A program made the translations under genes and the position numbers. DNA of 34,150 nucleotides from the NCBI GenBank assembly GCA_002269645.1, contig NIVC01004825.1, forward strand, positions 1 through 34,150. The letters are read 5' to 3'. This DNA is from Macrostomum lignano (taxonomy: Eukaryota). Below, one piece after another: positions 1 to 11,613 of the stretch; the first letter of the stretch is position 1, and each line of letters begins with the position of its first letter. The notes under the pieces are model-generated. The model did not search any database, was not told the origin of the DNA, and saw only the letters and a list, made by a program, of their open reading frames with translations.

Positions 1-3000
1 TGGAATGGTTGCTGACTGGATGGTTGCTGACTGGATGGTGCTGACTGGATGGTTGTGACTGGATGGTTGCTGACTGGATGGATGTTTGCTGACTGGATGG
101 TTGCTGACTGGATGGTGCTGACTGGATGGTGCTGACTGGATGGTTGCTGACTGGAACGGATGGTTGCTGACTGGATGGTTGCTGACTGGATGGACGGTTG
201 CTGACTGGATGGCTGCTGACTGATGGCTGCTGACTAGGATGGCTGCTGACTGATGGTTGCTGACTGGATGTATGGTTGTGACTGGATTGTTGCTGACTGG
301 ATTGTTGCTGACTGGATGGACTGTTGTTGACTGGATGGTTGCTGACTGGATGGATGTTTGCTGACTGGATGGTTGCTGACTGGATGGTTGCTGACTGGAT
401 GGTCGCTGACTGGATGGTTGTGTGACTGGATGGGTTGCTGACTGGATGGATGGTTGCTGACTGGATGGATGTTGCTGACTGGATGGTGCTGACAGGATGG
501 ATGCTGACTGGATGGTTGCTGACTGACGGTTGCTGACTGATGGATGGTTGCTGACTGGATGGTTGCTGCTGGATGGTTTCGACTGGATGGATGTTTGCTG
601 ACTGGATGGTTGCTGACTGGACGGATGGTTGTGACTGGATTGTTGCTGACTGGATGGACGGTTGCTGACTGGATGGTTGCTGACTGGATGGTTGCTGACT
701 GGATTGTTGTGACTGGATTGTTGCTGACTGGATGGACGGTTGCTGACTGGATGGTTGCTGACTGGATGTATGGTTGTGACTGGATTGTTGCTGACTGGAT
801 TGTTGCTGACTGGATGGACGGTTGCTGACTGGATGGTTGCTGACTGGATGTATGGTTGTGACTGGATTGTTGCTGACTGGATGGATGGTTGCTGACTGGG
901 ATGGACTGTTGTTGACTGGATGGTTGCTGACTGGATGGATGTTTGCTGACTGGATGGTTGCTGACTGGATGTTGCTGACTGGATGGTTGCTGACTGGATG
1001 GTTGCTGACTGGATGGTCGCTGACTGGATGGTTGTTGACTGGATGGGTGCTGACTGGATGGATGGTTGCTGACTGGATGGTTTGCTGACTGGATGGCTGC
1101 TGACAGGATGGCTGCTGACTGGATGGTTGCTGACTGGACGGTTGCTGACTGATGGATGGTTGCTGACTGATGGTTGCTGCTGGATGGTTTCCGACTGGAT
1201 GGATGTTGCTGACTGGATGGTTGCTGACTGGATGGATGGTTGTGACTGGATTGTTGCTGACTGGATGGACGGTTGCTGACTGGATGGTTGCTGACTGGAT
1301 GGTTGCTGACTGGATTGTTCCTGACTGGATTGTTGCTGACTGGATGGACGGTTGCTGACTGGATGGTTGCTGACTGGATGTATGGTTGTGACTGGATTGT
1401 TGCTGACTGGATTGTTGCTGACTGGATGGACGGTTGCTGACTGGATGGTTGCTGACTGGATGTATGGTTGTGACTGGATTGTTGCTGACTGGATGGATGG
1501 TTGCTGACTGGATGGACTGTTGTTGACTGGATGGTTGCTGACTGGATGGATGTTTGCTGACTGGATGGTTGCTGACTGGATGGTTGCTGACTGGATGGTC
1601 GCTGACTGGATGGTTGTTGACTGGATGGTTGCTGACTGGATGGACGGTTGTTGACTGGATGGTTGCTGACTGGATGGATGATTGCTGACTGGATGGTTGC
1701 TGACTGGACGGTTGCTGACTGATGGATGGTTGCTGACTGGATGTTGCTGACTGGATGGACGGTTGCTGACTGGATTGTTGCTGACTGGATTGTTGCTGAC
1801 TGGATGGACGGTTGCTGACTGGATGGTCTGACTGGATGTATGGTTGTGACTGGATTGTTGCTGACTGGATGGATGGTTGCTGACTGGATTGTTGCTGACT
1901 GGATGATTGGTTGCTGACTTGATGGACTGTTGTTGACTGGATGGTTGCTGACTGGATGGATGTTTGCTGACTGGATGGTTGCTGACTGGATGGTTGCTGA
2001 CTGGATGGTCGCTGACTGGATGGTTTTGACTGGATGGGTGCTGACTGGATGGACGGTTGCTGACTGGATGGCTGCTGACTGGATGGCTGCTGACAGGATG
2101 GCTGCTGACTGGATGGTTGCTGACTGGACGGATGGTTGCTGACTGGATGGTTGCTGACTGGATGTATGGTTGTGACTGGATTGTTGCTGACTGGATGGAT
2201 GGTTGCTGACTGGATGGACTGTTGTTGACTGGATGGTTGCTGACTGGATGGATGTTTGCTGACTGGATGGACTGTTGCTGACTGGATGGTTGCTGACTGG
2301 ATGGTTGCTGACTGGATGGTCGCTGACTGGATGGTTGCTGACTGGACGGTTGCTGACTGGATGGATGGTTGCTGACTGGATAGTTGCTGACTGGATGGAC
2401 GGTTGCTGACTGGATTGTTGCTGACTGGATTGTTGCTGACTGGATGGACGGTTGCTGACTGGATGGTTGCTGACTGGATGTATGGTTGTGACTGGATTGT
2501 TGCTGACTGGATTGTTGCTGACTGGATTGTTGCTGACTGGATGATTGGTTGCTGACTTGATGGACTGTTGTTGACTGGATGGTTGCTGACTGGATGGATG
2601 TTTGCTGACTGGATGGTTGCTGACTGGATGGTTGCTGACTGGATGGTCGCTGACTGGATGGTTGTTGACTGGATGGGTGCTGACTGGATGGACGGTTGCT
2701 GACTGGATGGCTGCTGACTGGATGGCTGCTGACAGGATGGCTGCTGACTGGATGGTTGCTGACTGGACGGATGGTTGCTGACTGGATGGTTGCTGACTGG
2801 ATGTATGGTTGTGACTGGATTGTTGCTGACTGGATGGATGGTTGCTGACTGGATGGACTGTTGTTGACTGGATGGTTGCTGACTGGATGGATGTTTGCTG
2901 ACTGGATGGACTGTTGTTGACTGGATGGTTGCTGACTGGATGGTTGCTGACTGGATGGTCGCTGACTGGATGGTTGTTGACTGGATGGGTGCTGACTGGA

Positions 3001-4155
3001 TGGACGGTTGCTGACTGGATGGCTGCTGACTGGATGGCTGCTGACAGGATGGCTGCTGACTGGATGGTTGCTGACTGGACGGATGGTTGCTGACTGGATG
3101 GTTGCTGACTGGATGGTTGCTGACTGGATTGTTGCTGACTGGATGGATGGTTGCTGGACGAATGGTTGCTGACTGGATGGTTGCTGACTGGATGGTTGCT
3201 GACTGGATGGTTGCTGAATGGATGGATGGTTGCTGACTGGATGGTTGCTGACTGGATGGTTGCTGACTGGACGTATGGTTGTGACTGGATGGTTGCCGAC
3301 TGGATGGTCGCTGACTGGACGGATGATTGCTGACTGGACGGATGGTTGCTGACTGGACGGATGGTTGCTGACTGGATGACTGCTGACTGGATGGTTGTGA
3401 CTGGATGGTTGCTGACTGGATGATTGCTGACTGGATTGTTGCTGACTGGATGGACGGTTGCTGACTGGATGGCTGCTGACTGGACGGATGCTGACTGGAT
3501 GGTTGCTGACTGGATGGTTGCTGACTGGATGGATGCTGACTGGACGAATGGTTGCTGACTGGATGGATGTTTGCTGACTGGATGGTTGCTGACTGGATTG
3601 TTGCTGACTGGATGGATGGTTGCTGGACGAATGGTTGCTGACTGGATGGTTGCTGACTGGATGGTTGCTGACTGGATGGTTGCTGAATGGATGGATGGTT
3701 GCTGACTGGATGGTTGCTGACTGGATGGTTGCTGACTGGACGTATGGTTGTGACTGGATGGTTGCCGACTGGATGGTCGCTGACTGGACGGATGATTGCT
3801 GACTGGACGGATGGTTGCTGACTGGACGGATGGTTGCTGACTGGATGACTGCTGACTGGATGGTTGTGACTGGATGGTTGCTGACTGGATGATTGCTGAC
3901 TGGATTGTTGCTGACTGGATGGACGGTTGCTGACTGGATGGCTGCTGACTGGACGGATGCTGACTGGATGGTTGCTGACTGGATGGTTGCTGACTGGATG
4001 GATGCTGACTGGACGAATGGTTGCTGACTGGATGGATGTTTGCTGACTGGATGGTTGCTGACTGGATGGTTGCTGACTGGATTGTTGCTGACTGACGGCT
4101 GCTGACTGGACGGATGCTGACTGGATGGATAGTTGCTGACTAAATAGTTGCCGAC
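1..4155. repeat. Minisatellite array, consensus unit GCTGACTGGATGGTT (15 bp) with 14-19 bp variants and higher-order duplications; open at the left edge of the window
   Basis: Continuous tandem copies from base 1 to about 4155. Variants insert GGAT/GGAC/GTAT. Identical 60-aa pseudo-ORFs at 3151 and 3620 show a 469-bp block duplication. The rare variant GATTGGTTGCTGACTTGA recurs 638 bp apart (ending about 1922 and 2560). Confidence 0.98.
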
Positions 4156-4169
4156 TTTAGAATAGCAAG

Positions 4170-7100
4170 TTAGCGGCTATCAGAATTCGCGGATGAGCAC
4201 ATTCTCAGCAAACGCTTTTGCTCATGCAACTGCGTCTGCACTTTTTGTGCAGAAAAAAGGCTCACGAAATTGTTGTAATCGCAACTTGATACTCGCAAAT
4301 CTGCAAATGCACGAACTCTACTCACCGCAGTATAAAATAATCCAGCTGGAATAGCTTTCCTGGCGCCTCCTTTGCTAAACGCCACGTACGCTTTTGGAAT
4401 TGTAAGTCCTTGGCTCTTGTGAATCGTACTAGCCCAAGCCAATCGTAGTGGAAATTGTTGACGCGACAATTGGGCTCCTCCTTTAAACTTTTCATTCGTT
4501 ACTGACAGAATTGGCACTACACGAATTGCACGATTATCTTGTACAATTGCCCCCATTGCTGGGCCAGAATAATTGTCAAATTCAACCCAAATACAATCTG
4601 GCCAATCCTTTGGTGATTGCCTTCCAGGAGCGTAGCAAATTCCTCGTACAGTTCCAACTGATCCATTCACAAGTCCATTGCGTACTGACAGATTTCTAGT
4701 TAGCATTACTCGAGCACCAATACACAAATAGAGTCGCTTCTCCAGATTCGTATCCGATTTTTTATGTTCCTTCTTTTTGCCACACAATTTTGCTTCGTCT
4801 CCTTTACAAATTGCGTTAATTTGCCGCACAGGATTCAATTCGGAAACCATCTTTCCCAATAGCATGTAGTTGCGATTTCTCACATCCTCGTTAGTGTGAT
4901 ATAAAAATGTACACCCGCTTTGGAAACCTTCAGGCAAAAGGTCGGGAGCATAGACGCGACAATTGTTCATCAACGAATTCCAGCAGGCTTCGTCGGCCTT
5001 GCCTTCGCGAAGTTTATCCAACAACTGGGCGAATTCCGTATCGTTTGCTTGTCGGACTTGTTCTGTCAGATGCACAACCTTTTTGAACTCCATGTACAAT
5101 TTATAGCCTTCAGATTTCAATATATCGTGCTTCTTTTGATTTGGATTGTAAACGTACAGTTGCGTGTCCAAAACTGGAGGCAATTGAAACACGTCGCCAA
5201 TTAGGATTACAGATCGACCACCAAAACTCTGTTTACTGTGTTCTGGAAACAATTCGCGCAAACGAGCATCCACCTTACGGAGTAACCTTTGGCCAAGCAT
5301 GCTAAATTCGTCAATAAAAATGTAGCGCACATCTTTCCACTGCTCTTGCATCTCCATTAGGGATTTCTTGCCAACACCAGCACTAAAATTTACATTCAAT
5401 TTCAAAGCCGAGTGCAAAGTTTCGCCTGCAATATTGAAAGCGGCTACGCCTGTTGATGCCATAATTCTGCATCTTGATTCTCCAATCAACCGACGCAATG
5501 TAGAAATCAAGTAGCTTTTTCCAGTTCCAGCGCTACCATACAAAATTGCTTTGAGAGGCTCCGGCTTTTCGCCTTGGTTTTCTTCGGCTAGTCTTGAAAG
5601 CTGCAAATGACTTTCAATTAGGTTGTACATTTCTCGCTGCCGAACATTAAGCGATTCAACACTGTTTATCGGCATGTCAGCGACCTCTCTTGCGCCAAGT
5701 TTTAGGTCGCTACTTAAAAACGCCTTTGCTTCTCCAACCGTTGGAAACTGGCCGCCACTAGCTGCGCTCCAGTCAAAATTTTCTGGCGGCTTTGGCAATT
5801 GATCTTCTGGACAGGCCAATAGATTTCTCTCGCGATGAAGTGCCCCCACTGCAACCATCCAATCTTCTTGCTCTTCGTGCTCATAAGTTGGCTGAGCAGC
5901 AGATTGCGCATTTGCGTTGGTCATTTCGGGTAGCTCCGCAACTGCTTCGACTTCTTCGTCAGCTTCGTCGTTGCGCAAATCGTCCAAATTGGGCAGCTGC
6001 AGCTCGCATCGATTCTCAGCAGGCATGGCTTCGTACGCTTGCTGCCAGCTTGTGTGCAAACCTTTGGCTTCTCGCTCATTTCGCCAACAACTGTACAACA
6101 AAACCTGCTGCCGATAATAGCCTTCGCGTCTTTCGTCTGATTGCTCATTCGGTCGAAAAAATGGACTGATTAGCAAAACTACTTGTTTCGGCCTTTTTGT
6201 GCACCTCCCATTAGGGCTGAGACAGTAGTCGGAAAAGAAACGAAACATTGTTACATTTTCCAAATTCTTTGCACGCTTTGAATACTTGTCGCAACTATTC
6301 CTGCAAACACCCTTTTCCTCCACTGCGCGGGTTTCGCCAGTCTGAACAAAAACAAATTCTCGCGAACCCTTGTACATTGACGTCTGCAATAGCAAATGCA
6401 TTGCCTCTTGCGCCGAATAATCACGCGCTCCAACTTGCGCCATCAAGTGTTGTTGTACAACACGCCTTGCAGTGTTGCTACGCTGAAAATTGTTATCGGC
6501 ATTCTGTTCTGCATTATCTTCCAACTCCTTATGAAGACGCTTTGTCAGCTCCGCCATATAATCCGACTCCTTTTCGCTTTTTGTCGCATACTTGATCAAA
6601 TAGCGAATCAAATTCTTCACGGACGAAATCATTTGAACATCGACATTGGCTCTCCACATGCACAGCAACTGCGGACTGTGAGAAATCATTCGCTCGTCGT
6701 TGCGCTGCGTCTCAACTTGCCAATTTAAACGGGATACTCGCTTTGCAACAGTCTTTTCCTGCGGCTCGCGCGGATACTTGAATCGGCACTCTTGTTTGCC
6801 TTTTACTGTTCGCAAGCACTTTTTACTGCAAATAGTGTGCCTCTCTGTCAAATGCGAAATTAACTGCAAATCTTGCTTGTCATTTTCAATCTCTTCCGGT
6901 TTCAGTTGAGCTGGATGACCTTGACCTGCTAAACTGCCATTCAAAACTTGATTTCCATAATCCGATTCGTCCATGGCCAAATTCCAACTACAGATGTACT
7001 TGTCAACAAAGCTCGTCAATTCTTCTGCATTCAATGTATTCGATGTCACATCAACACCATCTGGCATCCAAATGCAACCGTGAACGTGTGGACTTCCGCG

Positions 7101-10100
7101 ACTCTGATATTCTATGCGAAACCAATAATCGTTTACTTTCCAGTGCTCGACCAAAAAACGTTTCAAACATGTTTCAAATCGCAACCAAAACACAGTGTCT
7201 GCCATTCCGGGATCTTTTTGCAACTTTGACAACATTTCTGCTCTTAGTTCTACATTGCTTTCATATTGCTCTGCATCGATTCCCCAGGCATGCTGCAACT
7301 CTGGCCAATGTACATCTGCTGCCGATAGTGTCACGAAAAAATGAGGAACACCAAGCGTTCGAATCATGGCTTCCAATTGCCGTCCTTTACTCTGCCAATA
7401 AGCGCTTGTGCCTCGCAAATCTGATGCTCGAACTGACACGCTAGCCAATACTGCCGGGTCATTTAGTGCTTCAATCATTTCCTTGGCACTTAATCCAGCA
7501 TACTTGTTGTCGTGTACAAACACGCGACCAACTTCCAGCGCCCTCCAACGCATCACCATATTTTCAATGTAAAATTTAAACCGCAAATCGGTACGAAATC
7601 TTGGACACCGGAATTGCATCAAATGCTTTGCATAGTCGCCCAAACTTAGTCCAAAATTACGTGGCGTACTATAATCTCCTGCTCCATCCGGAAAGAGATG
7701 AGGATAAGCCAATGTAAAATATCCTTCATCCTGAAATTCGTTTACCGGCTCGTTGCTTCTTGCTGGCCATTTCAATTTTTCACTCAAAAATTTGTCTCGT
7801 ACTGCCGATTCCAATCGACGCAAAGGAGTCTCCAACAGCGAACTAATTGTTTCCTCGAGCTCGTTCGTCTCGTCCGCATTTTTTTCTACTTGTTGCTGCA
7901 ATCGCTCAGCTCTGGCTGAGCCGCCTTCTTGCTGTGCCGCCTCGAAATTCACTTCATTGTCAGACTGCATTTCGACAATCATACCTTCTACTTGATGAGC
8001 ATAACCATCTTCAGGCAGATGTAGCAACGCATCATTATTCATTGAAACCTGATACTGTCTAAAGTACTTGTTGTTTGCCATTAAATAGCGCATCGCATTA
8101 GTCACTTTGTCGCGTCGAACTCGCAAATTGTTCATTGTGCCGCTTTGCGCTTCTCCAGGCTGAACACGGGCTCTTTCGTCGTACATTAAAACAACTGGCA
8201 GAGATCGTCTTGGCAGCTCTCGCAAAACGTGCGACTGATCTTGAGGCAACATGATTCCGTGTCCTCTCGATTTTGTTTGCTTTTGGGGAAAAATTTGTAC
8301 CACAACAATAACCGACAAAACTGGCGAAATCAACATTTGCTCTGCTACACTCAAATCTTGCAAATCTTCTGGCTGCTCCAACATCGGAATCGCATTGTTT
8401 TCTTGGCTAAACGATTTCGGCTCATTGTCATCTCTGAAACAACGATCGCACATGTCTTCAGAATCGATGCTAAAATATTTTCCAGGAAACTTTTCCCTAC
8501 ACACGTAGCACTGTTTCAAATGTGATACTTTTGTTATGTTTTCATTGAAAAAGTCTTGCCTCATCTTTTTGAACTGGTCTGTGAACGGATTGCGAAGGCA
8601 CTTTGGCAGATTAGGATCTCCGATTTCATCTTCAACAATTGGAGCATCTTGAGCGCTCTCTTCTGAAGTGCTGCTCTGCGGAACATTTTCTTTAGCTGGC
8701 TGCTGCTCCATTGTAGGCCGCTTTCTGGGTGACGAACGGATCGCTTCATCAGGCTTCTCCTGAGTAGCACGTGTCTTTCGTGGTGATGAATACGTAGAAG
8801 TAGCTGGAATATTATCAGACTGACGTTTATCTTGCTGCTCCTGCTGCAAAGGTGCCGTCTTCCTAGGCGACGATCGAACGGGTTCGCAGATATGATTTTC
8901 TGCGTTTGTCAATCTCTGTTTCCGTGGTAAAGAATTTGCATAGTTGACCACTTGCTGCTGGTTTTTCAAACGCTCGCTGCGACGAGTAGGAGCACTTGGT
9001 ACAACGTCGCTCTTCTTTTCTCGACCTCTTCCTTTTTCCAAATGGCAAGAAACGCTTGAAACCGCCGAAACTGAGTCGCCACAACCGATGCAACTGCAAC
9101 ATGGTGCTCTCCGAGTGCGACTGCTTCTTCTCAATAAGCTCTGACCAGATACACTAGAGGCTGCAACAGACACAGACTCTAATGTGTTTGCTTTAGCGCT
9201 CAGTCGACTACTCCGACGCGTAGCGCAACTTGCCTTCCCAACATCCTTTTTACGCCGACTGCGCCGCGGAACATTTGATGGCACGGACTCTGACACACGA
9301 TCACTTTTAACTGACTCTGACACATGCTCAATTTCAACTGACTCTGCGCTATCCTCCGCGTCAAGATCGACATTCCAATTCCAGACAGAGTTGTTCCGAT
9401 CCCGAAGCACTTCATATGAATTCGGATGCGCAAACAAACTCGTATTATTTTCCAAGGACTTTGCTTGATTTCTACAACGTCCCTTCCAATGCCTACTTTG
9501 AACTCGGGTCCAGTCTGCAACCTTTTCAAAAGGCGTCATTGGTGGAGCTGGAGGTGGCATCATTACAACAGGATCTTCGACAACATGAACATTCTCGTTG
9601 AGAGGGGGCATTTCCACATTCTTGGCGCTCAAATCTCCTTGGCCAGTCGGCCGAACTGAGCTTGCTTCATTAACTTCCAAATCATTGACACGAACGATTT
9701 CGTAGTGTTGACTACCAGGATTAAACAACAATCGAATAGTAGCCAAACGTTCTCCAATATTCGGTCGGGAATAATGGCCAGGCCGCGCTAGATTAAGCAT
9801 GTTTGACTGATAAATAAACACTTCTAGCCGCAACAGTTCACCAATTAGTTCTGGAACTCCGCATGGCACGTACATACGGGGACGCCTTGTATCGTCGCGC
9901 ACTTTTTCCCAATTCAGTCCTGTTTGCATAATTCTTTCCTGATTATTGACATCGCGATGCACCCATTGCTCGAATTCTGCAGCAACCGCATCTCGAAAAT
10001 CTTCTACGCTTAGCGATTGATAGGCGGAAAAACCTGGCAGTTCTTGTAATTGTCTCAATATGGCCGTGAAAAAACAGTTGCCGTCACCTCGTACATTCTC

Positions 10101-10198
10101 AACGCGACACGAAGAAAAAGGAACCCATACAGGTTGGACTTGTACAGCAGCAGTTACATGACCTTCGGCAAAATCCATTGCAGTAGCACCTGTTTCAT
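4170..10198 (-). CDS. Main exon: OTU protease, HUH Rep and Pif1-family SF1B helicase of a Helentron/Helitron2-like element
   Basis: OTU: GDGNC (Cys codon 10076-10074) and QHY (His 9707-9705). Rep motif 1 FFVTLSAADVHW (about 7305-7340), motif 2 EYQSRGSPHVH (HUH 7088-7080), motif 3 YLIKYATK (6602-6588). Helicase: GSAGTGKS, IDEFSM, GDVFQLPPV, QFPLRLAWASTIHKSQG, YTAVSR. A TLSAAD-type motif 1 is typical of Helentron/Helitron2 rather than canonical Helitron1. No stops in 6 kb and no AP endonuclease after the helicase. Confidence 0.95.
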
Positions 10199-11613
10199 CT
10201 GTAAAAGAATACAACTCTTAAACAGTGAGGTATGATAATTTTAAGGAATTGAGCATTAATTGTATTTTGCACAAGTCGTAAACACTAAAATCTAATTTTC
10301 AATATTCGCAAGCAAAGTCAGATGTAAGAAAGAAAATTAACTTGTACTATGCATAGAAATTCAATAAAAAATAAAACTCTCACCAGCACTCAAGTAGCCT
10401 ATAAGTTGCTCATTGTAAGCAGCACCAGAATTGGGCACTTCAGCATCACCTTCGACCACGGGGTATTCCGAAGCAGCCAGAGCGTCGGCCAGAGCAGCAT
10501 CATGTTCAGCTAGCAGGGCAGCCAGACCAGCCTCGTCCAGCTTAATCACAGACTCAGTTTTAGCAGCAGCATCAGCAGAAGCACCAGCTTTAGTCCCAGC
10601 AGCGGCAATAGAAGAGGCAGCAGCAGCTTCCGGTTGTACATCTGGCTCTTGAATCTGTTCTTCGCCAGCAGTTAAATCACCGACAGCAGCAACTTTAATA
10701 TTATTCTTGGAGCGGCTCCAGTTTTTCTTCTTCGGCCGTCCGCACTTTTTCGCACCTGTTTAAAGTCACAGTAAAAAAGAAATTTATAAATCTACCTATA
10801 TATATATATATATATATATGTCTGTCCATCTATTTCGCTCTAGAGCGTGCCATTCTTGATCAATTTTGATAGCGTTTTTTCTAAACTATTGCAGATTTTG
10901 CACTGATTATACAGTGGTCAAAATTTCTTAAATCTGCTCAAATTCTAAGGGTGTTAAACATTCGAAAATAGAGTTTCTATAATTATTTTAATGATCTGTC
11001 AAACAAGGTCAGATTCCAATTGAATTTATTCCCTTTGTCGAAACTATTCAGTCGAAACTACTCAGTCGAAACTATTGAGTTCACACTATTCAGTCAAAAC
11101 TACTCAGTCAAGATTATTAAGTCTAAACTATTCAGTTGTAACTATTCAGTTGAAATTATTCTGTCTGTCAAAACTATTCAGGCGAAACTATTCAATCTAA
11201 ACTATTGAGTGTGAACTATTGATTTGAGCTGCGTCAGTTAAGAGTTTGAAAAATTCACATTTTTAGACATCTGAAAAACACTTTTTTACAGAATTACCTG
11301 TGAACTATTCAGTGTGAGTTATAGTGTGAACAATTGAGATTTATTGTTTGGTAAATAAATTGTGTAGTGCAGGAACTTTTTAGTTTGTCTGTTGCCCAAA
11401 TGGGCAGCCAAGAATGCTAGTAAAAGCTGGTTTCCTAAGGTGTGAATATTAATAATAAAGGTAGGATTGCTTTGAAACTATTCCTGAAAGTAGCACCTAT
11501 CACCTGCAAGTTGCAACAAATGTACAAAACTTACTATTGGCAGCAACAGAAGAAGCACTTGTATCCTTGTTAATGCTAGTGTTGTCCTTGATGCTGTTTT
11601 TGTCGTTGCCCAT
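4170..11613 (-). CDS. Spliced Helentron/Helitron2-type Rep/Helicase transposase with N-terminal OTU protease; predicted join(complement(11535..11613,10384..10755,4170..10198)), about 2159 aa
   Basis: Exons of 79+372+6029 = 6480 nt join in frame through two phase-1 GT-AG introns (donors A|GTAAGT at 11534 and G|GTGAGA at 10383; acceptors TTTAAACAG at 10756 and TTTTACAG at 10199). Domain calls as in the main exon. The ATG at 11613 and the exon joins are inferred from splice signals only. Confidence 0.75.
10384..10755 (-). CDS. Internal exon 2 of the Rep/Helicase gene (AT-hook-like KKCGRPKKK, then Ala-rich acidic linker)
   Basis: 372-nt open frame bounded by a polypyrimidine-TTTAAACAG acceptor and a GTGAGA donor. 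Both are phase 1, and the join G+AT gives Asp in frame with the main exon. Contains ORF-track ORF 10361..10549. Confidence 0.8.
10791..11420 (+). mobile_element. Complete 630-bp non-autonomous canonical Helitron inserted in intron 1 of the Rep/Helicase gene, opposite strand
   Basis: A|TC 5' end at 10790/10791, (TA)11 at 10797-10818, internal about 15-bp AAACTATTCAGTCG-like repeats (about 11040-11330), 3' hairpin GTTGCCCA-AA-TGGGCAGC (11391-11408), 8-nt spacer, CTAG|T end (11417-11421). No target-site duplication, as expected for a Helitron. Confidence 0.85.
11535..11613 (-). CDS. Candidate first coding exon (MGNDKNSIKDNTSINKDTSASSVAAN)
   Basis: ATG at 11613 followed by 26 codons plus 1 nt and a consensus GTAAGT donor. 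A+GT gives Ser in frame with exon 2. An acceptor (TTTATTTAG) lies just upstream, implying a further 5' exon, probably untranslated. Confidence 0.65.

Noticed and set aside
544-3802. ADWMV/LLTGW repeat ORFs on the + strand
   Set aside because: These are translations of the 15-bp satellite; unit-length variants of 14 and 19 bp break the frame constantly.
237-4137. The minus strand of the array is essentially stop-free in all three frames (SQQPS/VSNHP/SATIQ), suggesting a read-through tail on the transposase
   Set aside because: A second in-frame stop (TAG, 4142-4140) follows the TAA, indels are not multiples of three, and the lack of stops follows from base composition.
1-4155. CRISPR-like or telomeric array
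   Set aside because: There are no unique spacers, no cas genes and the context is eukaryotic; the unit does not match a telomeric repeat I recognise.
10199-10214. TTG start of the 2014-aa ORF (MYSFT)
   Set aside because: It lies in the polypyrimidine tract and acceptor of intron 2; upstream exons splice in frame.
4511-10652. Many short ORFs overlapping the Rep/Helicase gene on either strand
   Set aside because: Shadow frames of a long coding sequence with no motifs of their own.
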